From NCBI GenBank assembly GCA_902551445.1, contig CACDDB010000001.1, forward strand, positions 1 to 62,440: a DNA stretch of 62,440 nucleotides, given 5' to 3'. This DNA comes from an uncultured Pelagibacteraceae bacterium. Its GTDB lineage: Bacteria > Pseudomonadota > Alphaproteobacteria > Pelagibacterales > Pelagibacteraceae. The notes under the pieces were generated by a model. That model did no database searches. It saw only the letters and a list, made by a program, of their open reading frames with translations, and had not been told where the DNA came from. Positions 10,978-18,288 of the stretch are shown piece by piece. Made by a program: the position numbers and the translations under genes. Each line of letters begins with the position of its first letter. The first letter of the stretch is position 1.

Positions 10978-11957
10978 AATTCTGCTTTTTAGATCAGACA
11001 AATTTTGAATATTCATATATGGACAAATATTCACCAATTTTAAGAGGCGCAGAAACAATACTAATTAATCTTTCTGAAAATTTAAAAAAAATTGGTCACG
11101 AAGTAACTGTTTTTAATAATTGTAGTGACAAAATTCATAATGATAGTTCAAAATGGTACAACATAAAAAAATTGAATATCTCAGAAAATTTAAATTTTGA
11201 TGTCGCTATTGCAAATGCCGACATGAGGCTTTTGAATAAAGTAAATGCTAATAAAAAATTAATTATATCATATTCCCTACAATCACTGGAAAAATTTTTT
11301 AGAAAAGGCCAATTTTTTTCATATTTCAAAAACAGGCCTGAGGTATATGTTATTGGAAATTATCACAAAAATAAAAGATCACATCTTTTATCACTTTTTG
11401 GAAAAAAAATATTGGATGTTTCTATTGATGATTTGTTTATGGAAACTGAATTAACAAACAATATAGACCATAATCAAGCGATATTTACTTCTAGACCTGA
11501 TAGAAATTTAAATAAACTACTTGATATATGGAATAATAAAATATTTCCAAACTACAAATCTGCAAAATTAATCACAACACCTGATAAAAATGTTAAAGAG
11601 ACCAATGGTGTAAAATTTAGAATAATGAGTTCTCAAAAAGAATTAATAGATGATCTTTTAAAATCGAGAATTTTTCTTATACCAGGTCATAAAGCTGAAT
11701 TATTTTGTTTAGCCGCTGAAGAGGCTAGGGAACTTTGTATTCCTATCGTTACTCTAGGAATTGGTTCTTTATTTGAAAGAGTGGTACATGAAAAGACTGG
11801 TTTTATTGCAAAAAATGATAGTGAATTTGCTGATTACACAATTGAACTTTTTAGAAATAATGATCTTTGGAACAATATTAGATCTAATCTTATTAATTTA
11901 CGCGGTTCTAGAAGTTGGGAAATATCAACTAAAAAATTTATCGAAAGTTTAAAGTGA
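10974..11957 (+). CDS. Glycosyltransferase (GT4/GT-B)
   Basis: RGAET, GHEVTVF, SRPDR, ELFCLAAEEA, V.HEKTGF. Confidence 0.85.
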   Translation: MKFCFLDQTNFEYSYMDKYSPILRGAETILINLSENLKKIGHEVTVFNNCSDKIHNDSSKWYNIKKLNISENLNFDVAIANADMRLLNKVNANKKLIISYSLQSLEKFFRKGQFFSYFKNRPEVYVIGNYHKNKRSHLLSLFGKKILDVSIDDLFMETELTNNIDHNQAIFTSRPDRNLNKLLDIWNNKIFPNYKSAKLITTPDKNVKETNGVKFRIMSSQKELIDDLLKSRIFLIPGHKAELFCLAAEEARELCIPIVTLGIGSLFERVVHEKTGFIAKNDSEFADYTIELFRNNDLWNNIRSNLINLRGSRSWEISTKKFIESLK

Positions 11958-12706
11958 TTTATTTAAAGTTTATATCCAGATTAATGAAGTTTTTTAAATC
12001 TTTATTAACAATTACACAGTTATCTAATCATAAATTTCAAAACAAAAACCAAGTAACTAATGCGAAAATTATATTGAATCTTTTAAAAAATAAAAATTTT
12101 TCTCCCAATTATATCGTTGATGTGGGTAGTGGTTATGGAGAATGGACTAAAAAATTATTAAAGGTATTTCCTAAATCTGATTTTTACCTTTTTGATGCAG
12201 ATAAAAATAACATTGAAAAACTCGATATCTTGAAGAAAAAGAATAAGAATATTAATTACAAAATATGTTTATTAACAGATGATAATAAGACATATAATTT
12301 TTATAATATGGGATACGGTTCATCAATTTTTGAAGAACAAACTTCACATAATAGAAATGTTGAAAAAATTACGTCTACTACATTAGATCAAGAGCTTCCC
12401 GATGAATTAAAAGAGCAAACTAATAATTTAATCAAGCTTGATGTACAAGGATCTGAATTAAAAGTACTGGAAGGTTTAAGAGAGACAATTAATACATTCG
12501 AAGTTATTATTTTAGAAGTTTCTATACATAATTATAATAAAGATTCACCACTATTTGATAAAATAATGAACTATATGAATGAAAAAGATTATAGATTATA
12601 TGATTTGTTTGATTTAAAGCGTTTAGGTGATAACAATTCTTTCCTTGTTCAATTTGATTGTGTCTTTGTAAGAAAAAATTCTGAACTTTTTAAAGTTAAA
12701 TTTTAA
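11954..12706 (+). CDS. FkbM family methyltransferase
   Basis: VDVGSGYG SAM motif, TTLD, IKLDVQGSEL..LEG. Confidence 0.92.
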   Translation: MIYLKFISRLMKFFKSLLTITQLSNHKFQNKNQVTNAKIILNLLKNKNFSPNYIVDVGSGYGEWTKKLLKVFPKSDFYLFDADKNNIEKLDILKKKNKNINYKICLLTDDNKTYNFYNMGYGSSIFEEQTSHNRNVEKITSTTLDQELPDELKEQTNNLIKLDVQGSELKVLEGLRETINTFEVIILEVSIHNYNKDSPLFDKIMNYMNEKDYRLYDLFDLKRLGDNNSFLVQFDCVFVRKNSELFKVKF

Positions 12707-13649
12707 TTTTATTTAAAGCATTATTTTTAAATATATTTGCTTCTCTTATATATCTTCTAACCATTTGTGTTGTTTTGTGTCCTGTCATTGCCATAATACT
12801 TCTTTCATCAGCTCCTGATTCAGCGGCAACTGTTGCAAAACCTGATCTTAAACTATGTCCTGAGTAATTCTTATTTTCTATACCCGCTAGATTCAAATAA
12901 TCTTTAATTATTAAAACTACTGACTGATCTGTTAATCTATTGTTTGTTAATACGGATCCTTTTGCAAATCGTCTAAAAATTGGACCAGATTTTATATTTG
13001 ATAACTCTATCCATCTTTTTAGGTTAATTACTGGACAGTATTTTTCATTTGTGAAGTAGGGTAGACCTTTTATCATTCCTTCGCCAAATTGATCTGTTTT
13101 TGACCTTTTAATAGTTATTTTAACCCCCTCTTGAACGAATTCTAAATCCTCATGATCGATTGATATTAATTCGGTTCTTCTAAATCCGCCTCCAAAACCA
13201 ACTAACAAAATTGTTTTGTCTCTAATTTTTTTTATTTCTTCTGCTTCTTGATCATCAATAACATTAATAAGTGATTTTAAATGATTGATTAATATAGGTT
13301 TTTTTCCTTTTTGGATGCTTCCTTTAACCCTTCTAATACCCATTAAATTTTCTATAATTATGGGATGTTTGGTATCTAGATAATGCCCTTTAAGCCTATG
13401 AATCATGCTTATTGATACTAATCTTCTTCGTAAAGTACTGATTTTTGAACTTTTTGATAGATGCGTTAGGTAAAGAGATATTATTTTAGGTTCAGTTGGA
13501 AGGGAATCAAAGCCATGCTTTACACAAAATGCACCAAAATCCCTAAAATCTGACTTGTAAGCTCTTAAAGTGTTATTAGACTTAGAGCTTTTGAGGTTAT
13601 TTAATGTTTCCTCATGAAGTGATTTTATGTCTGTAACAAGTTCATTCAT
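12696..13649 (-). CDS. Site-specific tyrosine recombinase (Cre/IntA-like)
   Basis: N-terminal S.NTLRAY.SD; catalytic set FRRTE (R), RSKTDQ (K), GHSLRSG (HxxR), TGHK (H), RRY (Y) all intact. Confidence 0.93.
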   Translation of the reverse strand: MNELVTDIKSLHEETLNNLKSSKSNNTLRAYKSDFRDFGAFCVKHGFDSLPTEPKIISLYLTHLSKSSKISTLRRRLVSISMIHRLKGHYLDTKHPIIIENLMGIRRVKGSIQKGKKPILINHLKSLINVIDDQEAEEIKKIRDKTILLVGFGGGFRRTELISIDHEDLEFVQEGVKITIKRSKTDQFGEGMIKGLPYFTNEKYCPVINLKRWIELSNIKSGPIFRRFAKGSVLTNNRLTDQSVVLIIKDYLNLAGIENKNYSGHSLRSGFATVAAESGADERSIMAMTGHKTTQMVRRYIREANIFKNNALNKIKI

Positions 13650-13652
13650 ATA

Positions 13653-13687
13653 ATTACTATTGATAACAATTAATTATCGTTAGTAAT
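13653..13687. promoter_or_regulatory. Putative recombinase binding/crossover site (14-7-14 inverted repeat)
   Basis: ATTACTATTGATAA-CAATTAA-TTATCGTTAGTAAT; arms match 12/14; starts 4 bp upstream of the recombinase ATG. Confidence 0.7.
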
Positions 13688-13733
13688 ATAATAACGCATT
13701 TTTAAAGTCAAGCAATTAATATAAAATTATTAA

Positions 13734-13898
13734 ATGCCAAAATATGCTTTAATTGGATTGATAGTAGTAATTGCAACATTTGTAATTATAAATCATTGGT
13801 CAAAATTAACGGAAAAAACAAAAAATAAAATAATTGCATCAATATTTGGAATAATTGCAATAGGATTTGTAGTAATTATTGCACTGTTAATATTTTAA
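13734..13898 (+). CDS. Small two-helix membrane protein (54 aa; below the ORF-track cutoff)
   Basis: MPKYALIGLIVVIATFVIINHWSKLTEKTKNKIIASIFGIIAIGFVVIIALLIF*: two hydrophobic segments joined by a basic loop. Confidence 0.7.
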   Translation: MPKYALIGLIVVIATFVIINHWSKLTEKTKNKIIASIFGIIAIGFVVIIALLIF

Positions 13899-13902
13899 AA
13901 TG

Positions 13903-13920
13903 TTTTCCACATTATCCACA
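13903..13920 (+). promoter_or_regulatory. Two abutting DnaA boxes
   Basis: TTTTCCACA (13903-13911) and TTATCCACA (13912-13920), both matching TTWTNCACA, in non-coding DNA. Confidence 0.55.
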
Positions 13921-13992
13921 ACTGTTAAAAAGTCAGTAAATTCAACAATAAAGTGATACATACAACCATATCAGTCTGATATTGTTAAATTG

Positions 13993-14177
13993 AATTAAGG
14001 GGCAACCCTTAACTGGCCGATTGGGGAAAAACCGAGAGGTTCAAGCCCAGGGGGCAGAAAGCTCTACAAAGCAGCGCTAAACATGTGGAGCGGAAGGCAT
14101 GGCGGTAGCGCATTAACGACGTGCCAAAACTACTGTTCTTTGTGCCGTAAAAAGCACAAGGAAACAGGGTTTTTCTT
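13993..14177 (+). ncRNA. Structured non-coding RNA upstream of ogt (family unassigned)
   Basis: ~52% GC by hand count in an AT-rich background; five hairpins, a GNRA tetraloop, complementary loops GCGCTA/TAGCGC, and a terminal hairpin followed by a T-tract. Confidence 0.8.
14133..14177 (+). terminator. Rho-independent terminator-like hairpin closing the ncRNA
   Basis: CTGTTCTTTGTGC-cgtaaaaa-GCACAAGGAAACAG followed by GGTTTTTCTT. Confidence 0.6.
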
Positions 14178-14183
14178 CATAAA

Positions 14184-14459
14184 ATGTTCAAAAAAGGCAC
14201 AAAATTTCAAATAAAAGTCTGGAAATACCTTTTAAAAATACCCAAAGGAAAAGTAAAAACCTATAAACAAGTTGCTATAGCTATAAATAGACCGAAATCT
14301 GCTCGTGCTGTTGCTAACGCATGTGGAAAAAACCCGTATGCACCTAGGGTACCGTGTCATAGGGTAATTAGATCTGATGGGACTCTTGGCGGTTTTTCTG
14401 CTGCTGGAGGAATAAATGCTAAAAAAAAACTCTTAAAAAAAGAAGGTTTTTTGCTCTAA
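14184..14459 (+). CDS. ogt: Minimal O6-methylguanine-DNA methyltransferase (MGMT C-terminal domain only)
   Basis: T.FQ.KVW, IPKG...TY, ARAVANAC, active-site PCHRV. Confidence 0.92.
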   Translation: MFKKGTKFQIKVWKYLLKIPKGKVKTYKQVAIAINRPKSARAVANACGKNPYAPRVPCHRVIRSDGTLGGFSAAGGINAKKKLLKKEGFLL

Positions 14460-14806
14460 AAGCTTTTATTACCAACGATTTTTGCCTATTTTCATCTAAT
14501 TATCTTATATTAATTAGTTTCGCCCTTTAGTTGTACTGTATATTGTGTCATTTAAAAATATACCCCTTCTATGGCCGTTTAATCGCTATATTCTATATAT
14601 GCAATCCTCTTTGGATCTATTATTAAAAAGTTAAAATTTTTCCTATATTCCCTTAATTTTTTGTTTATTTAAGACTTTTAAATTTAATTTTTTTATATAC
14701 TAACCAATTATCTCCTAGAAACCTTGATTTTAAAGGTTTTTTAATTTTGTATTTACCTATTCTTATTTTTTTTTATTAATTCATTAATTTTAATATTATT
14801 TTAATA

Positions 14807-14872
14807 ATTTACTTTAATTAATTAAAAATTATTAATAATTACAATGATTTACATTAATTAATTAAAGTAAAT
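14807..14872. repeat. Perfect 19-bp inverted repeat in a very AT-rich gap
   Basis: ATTTACTTTAATTAATTAA (14807-14825) and TTAATTAATTAAAGTAAAT (14854-14872), 28-bp spacer. Confidence 0.6.
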
Positions 14873-14881
14873 AATTAATTA

Positions 14882-15730
14882 CTAAGTAGGTTGATTTAAA
14901 GCTTCTCTTCTAAATATGTAAATGCCAGATGAGATAATCACAAATAAACCAAGAAATGTCCAGATATCAGGAAAATGGTTAAAGAAATAAAAGCCAATAA
15001 TAATATTAGTTACAATTTCAAAATATCCAAAAGGAGCTAATTTAGAGGCATCTGCATATCTTAAGGAAAGAATGAGTAACAAATGACCAATAGAAGCAAA
15101 AAAACCTATAGCAAGCATCATATACCAATCAGTAACAGTTGGCTGAACCCATACAAAAGGCATAATAGCAGATCCAATAATAGCCCCTACTACACCTGTT
15201 AATAAAAGAGTTAAAAGTGGATGGTCAGCATTATGTAGTTTTCTGGTAACTATTAAATAAATTCCATATAAAAAACCTGTTCCTATTGCAGCTATACTAG
15301 CAGTATTTATCTCTACAAAACCAGGTCTTAAGACAATTAATGATCCAATAAAACCAGTAATTACTGCAGCCCATCTTCTTAATCCAACTTTTTCGTCTAA
15401 TAAGATAGGTGACAGAATCGTTACAATTAAAGGTGCTATAAAGGCTAGTGTAAGAGCTTTTGCTAAAGAAATTATTGATATCGAATAAAAAAATAAAATG
15501 TTAGCACAAAATAATAATAAACCTCTAATTAGTTGGAGTTTTGGTTGTTCGGTCCATTTAAAATTTTTTCTGAAAAAAACAAGTATAATTGGAAGAACAA
15601 AAATGACTGTAAAGAAATATCTAGACCATGTTATTTGTAATATAGGTATTGTTGAACTTAGATATTTAGCAAATCCATCCATTATGGGTAACATTACCCA
15701 CGCAGATAAATTTAATATTATTGCCTTCAT
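14882..15730 (-). CDS. DMT/EamA family transporter
   Basis: About 10 hydrophobic helices; E.VG.RRW.AV..GF.G..IVLRPG, AS.LAPF.Y. Confidence 0.9.
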   Translation of the reverse strand: MKAIILNLSAWVMLPIMDGFAKYLSSTIPILQITWSRYFFTVIFVLPIILVFFRKNFKWTEQPKLQLIRGLLLFCANILFFYSISIISLAKALTLAFIAPLIVTILSPILLDEKVGLRRWAAVITGFIGSLIVLRPGFVEINTASIAAIGTGFLYGIYLIVTRKLHNADHPLLTLLLTGVVGAIIGSAIMPFVWVQPTVTDWYMMLAIGFFASIGHLLLILSLRYADASKLAPFGYFEIVTNIIIGFYFFNHFPDIWTFLGLFVIISSGIYIFRREALNQPT

Positions 15731-16629
15731 TAAGAAAAATATTTCAAGGCAATAAATACAATAATTGGTACAGTTATTAAAGACATTAAAGTAGATATAA
15801 CTATCATACTAGATATGTTATCCACAATTTTTTTAGGTGAGTAAATTGAAGCAATTAAATAAGTTAATATAGCACTAGGCATAGCAGATTGAATTAATAA
15901 AACGCCCGCAGCATATCCAGATAAATTAAATACTTTAATCAAACAAAAACCAATAATTGGACCAACTATTACTCTGCCTATTGAAGATATTAAAGAAGTT
16001 CTAATAGAAAAAACTTTCATTTGAGTTAACGAGACTCCTAGAGACATTAATATCAAAACAATCATAGTATAACCTAATAACATAACCGTATTTAATGCAA
16101 ACTTTGGCATTTCAAAATCAAAATACAAGAAAAGAACTGAAATAATTACAGCATATGTTGAGGGACTTTTTAAAATAATTTTAAAATCAAATTTTTTACT
16201 TGCTAAAAAAATGTTTAGTGTAAAATGTAAAAGAACAACTAAAGATGATATGGCTGCCGCAACGCCCATTCCCAATGAACCATAAGCGAATAAACATATT
16301 GGAATTCCCATGTTTCCTGTGTTTGGAAGAAAAAATGGAGGTAATTCTCTAGAAATATCTTTTTTCATGAAATACAAAAAAATTACGCCTGTAATTGCAA
16401 AGCAACTAAGAGCAATTACTGAGTAAATAAAATATTCAGAGAAAACGCTATAAGTAACACCAGAAGATGTAATAGCAAAAATAAAGAGGGCTGGTGCACC
16501 AAAATTAGCTGAATAATTTGTTATAAAAGTTGTATCTATATCTGCTTTTTTCCTACCAAGTAAATATCCAATTCCAACTATAAAAAATACTGGAAATAAA
16601 ACTTCAAATAATTTTAAATAAATTTCCAT
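15730..16629 (-). CDS. AEC (auxin efflux carrier) family transporter
   Basis: PNTGNMGIP, QSAMPSA; highly hydrophobic. Confidence 0.9.
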   Translation of the reverse strand: MEIYLKLFEVLFPVFFIVGIGYLLGRKKADIDTTFITNYSANFGAPALFIFAITSSGVTYSVFSEYFIYSVIALSCFAITGVIFLYFMKKDISRELPPFFLPNTGNMGIPICLFAYGSLGMGVAAAISSLVVLLHFTLNIFLASKKFDFKIILKSPSTYAVIISVLFLYFDFEMPKFALNTVMLLGYTMIVLILMSLGVSLTQMKVFSIRTSLISSIGRVIVGPIIGFCLIKVFNLSGYAAGVLLIQSAMPSAILTYLIASIYSPKKIVDNISSMIVISTLMSLITVPIIVFIALKYFS

Positions 16630-18288
16630 TTAATTAAATAAACGGATAAGAGTTGGCTTTTTTATAATATTTGTATTTTTCTTAAAAATATGTAGACATA
16701 TATTTGAATCTTTTTCACTAGTTTTGTGTGTAATAATAACAATAGTTGCTATTTTTTTTTTATTTGCTGGTGTTTGTATAATTCTTTTAACAGATATTTT
16801 ATTCTTTGCTAATATTTTAGTTATTTCGGATAAAACACCAGGCTTATCTTTAACCTCAAATCTTAAATAAAGAGAGTTTGTATAATTATTTATATTGTAA
16901 GAACTTATTTTGTTTCTTATCTTGCTAGGTATTCCGAATGGGAATTTAATATTACCTCTTAATATAGATAATAAGTCTGACATTAAAGCTGATGAAGTAG
17001 GACCTGGTCCAGCACCCTCCCCTTGTAATACTGTTTCTCCAACTGGTTTGCTATTTAGAATTACAGCATTCATTACTCCATCAATATTCCCAAGATACGT
17101 GTCACTACCAACCAAACAAGGATGTACGCGTTCAAATAACTTATTTTTCACTATTTCAGTGATACCTAAAAGTTTAATTTTTAGATTTAATTGTTTTGCT
17201 ATTTGAATATCCTTTAAATCAATGTTTTCAATACCTTCCATCAAGCAATGGGATTTAGAAATTTTTTTATTAAATGCAAGAGATGAAAGAATTCGAATTT
17301 TTGCTAGCGCATCATATCCGTTTAAATCTAATTTAGGGTCAACAGGTTCAGCGTATCCTAATTTTTGTGCACGTTTTAAAACAATAGGTAATGACATTTT
17401 TTTTTTTTCCATTTCAGATAATATGTAATTAGATGTGCCATTTAATATTCCTTCAACTGTATCTTTGGGCATAAATTTTTTTTTTGCTTTTTTAAATGTA
17501 AATCCTTTTCCTAAATAATTCCCCATTTTGCTATTTCTTCCACCTGCCGCACTAACATATAAATCGCCCACTCCCGCAAGTCCCAGAGTTGTTGCTTCTT
17601 TTCCCTTAAAATACTTAGTTAAATACTTCATTTCAATTATTGATTTTTGAAATAAGCTTGATGATGTATTTAAGCTTTGACCTGCGCCAATTATCATTGC
17701 GTATATATTTTTTATCGCAGAACATACTTCTACACCAATAGTATCATTAGAAAATTCTATAACGTAATATTTTGTAGAAATCATCTTGCCAATCTGTTTA
17801 GCTATTTTAATATTTTTATTTGCTACAATTACACTAGTATGTTTTTTTCTAGCTAGTTCCTTGGCTAAGCAAGGACCTTTTAAAACTGAAATATTCATTC
17901 CATTGTAATTCTTTTTTAATTGTTCCGAAATTGTTAAAATTTTATTATTTTTTTTTTCGTATTTTAATCCTTTGGTAAGTATCAATATTGAATTTTTGAA
18001 TTTTGACTTTTTTAGTTCTTTGCTAATAAAGTCAATACCCGAAAGGCTTAAAGCTATTACTATCAAATCAAATTTTTCTCTCAACAAATCTGTGGAAAAT
18101 TTTCTAAATTTTAAACTTTTTGGAAGATTTATCTTTAAACTTGTGTGAAATTTATTTTTTGAGGATAAGTCTTTAATAAAAGCTTTGCTATAAGGTTCTG
18201 TAATAGTAACTTTATTTTTATTTTCTATGCAAGGAATTGTAAATGCAGAACCCATTGCCCCGCCACCAATGACTAATATTTTTTTCAT
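16630..18288 (-). CDS. In-frame chimera: NAD(P)H glycerol-3-phosphate dehydrogenase (aa 1-280) plus homoserine dehydrogenase C-terminal region and ACT domain
   Basis: GpsA motifs GGGAMG, TKG, GPCLA.E, KNIYA, GVGDL, GRN, TVEG, then Hom motifs GILNGTSNYIL, AQ.LGYAE, G.GAG..PT.SA..SDL and ACT DKPGVL. Confidence 0.75.
   Translation of the reverse strand: MKKILVIGGGAMGSAFTIPCIENKNKVTITEPYSKAFIKDLSSKNKFHTSLKINLPKSLKFRKFSTDLLREKFDLIVIALSLSGIDFISKELKKSKFKNSILILTKGLKYEKKNNKILTISEQLKKNYNGMNISVLKGPCLAKELARKKHTSVIVANKNIKIAKQIGKMISTKYYVIEFSNDTIGVEVCSAIKNIYAMIIGAGQSLNTSSSLFQKSIIEMKYLTKYFKGKEATTLGLAGVGDLYVSAAGGRNSKMGNYLGKGFTFKKAKKKFMPKDTVEGILNGTSNYILSEMEKKKMSLPIVLKRAQKLGYAEPVDPKLDLNGYDALAKIRILSSLAFNKKISKSHCLMEGIENIDLKDIQIAKQLNLKIKLLGITEIVKNKLFERVHPCLVGSDTYLGNIDGVMNAVILNSKPVGETVLQGEGAGPGPTSSALMSDLLSILRGNIKFPFGIPSKIRNKISSYNINNYTNSLYLRFEVKDKPGVLSEITKILAKNKISVKRIIQTPANKKKIATIVIITHKTSEKDSNICLHIFKKNTNIIKKPTLIRLFN

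Noticed and set aside
7682-13687. Prophage or integrative element at tRNA-Glu
   Set aside because: No att duplication of the tRNA 3' end was seen, there are no phage or conjugation genes, and the recombinase is not adjacent to the tRNA.
13993-14177. tmRNA, RNase P, SRP, 6S, lysine riboswitch or retron msr-msd identity for the RNA
   Set aside because: Hallmarks are missing: no tRNA-like T-arm/CCA, no GAGGAAAGTCC, no single long rod and no reverse transcriptase nearby.
14469-14551. Micro-ORFs MTQYTVQLKGETN (14510-14551, minus) and MKIGKNRW (14469-14495, minus)
   Set aside because: Too short to support. The GAAGGGG upstream of the first is 11 nt away and there is no other evidence.
14790-14804. 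CtrA-like box TTAA-N7-TTAA
   Set aside because: Expected by chance in an almost pure AT tract.
13900-14880. oriC (DnaA boxes plus AT-rich element)
   Set aside because: Only two boxes, ~850 bp from the AT tract with a gene and an RNA in between. None of the usual origin-linked genes (hemE, dnaA, parAB, mnmG) are present, and flanking genes converge rather than diverge.
15818-15826. Isolated TTATCCACA DnaA box
   Set aside because: Single occurrence inside the AEC transporter CDS.
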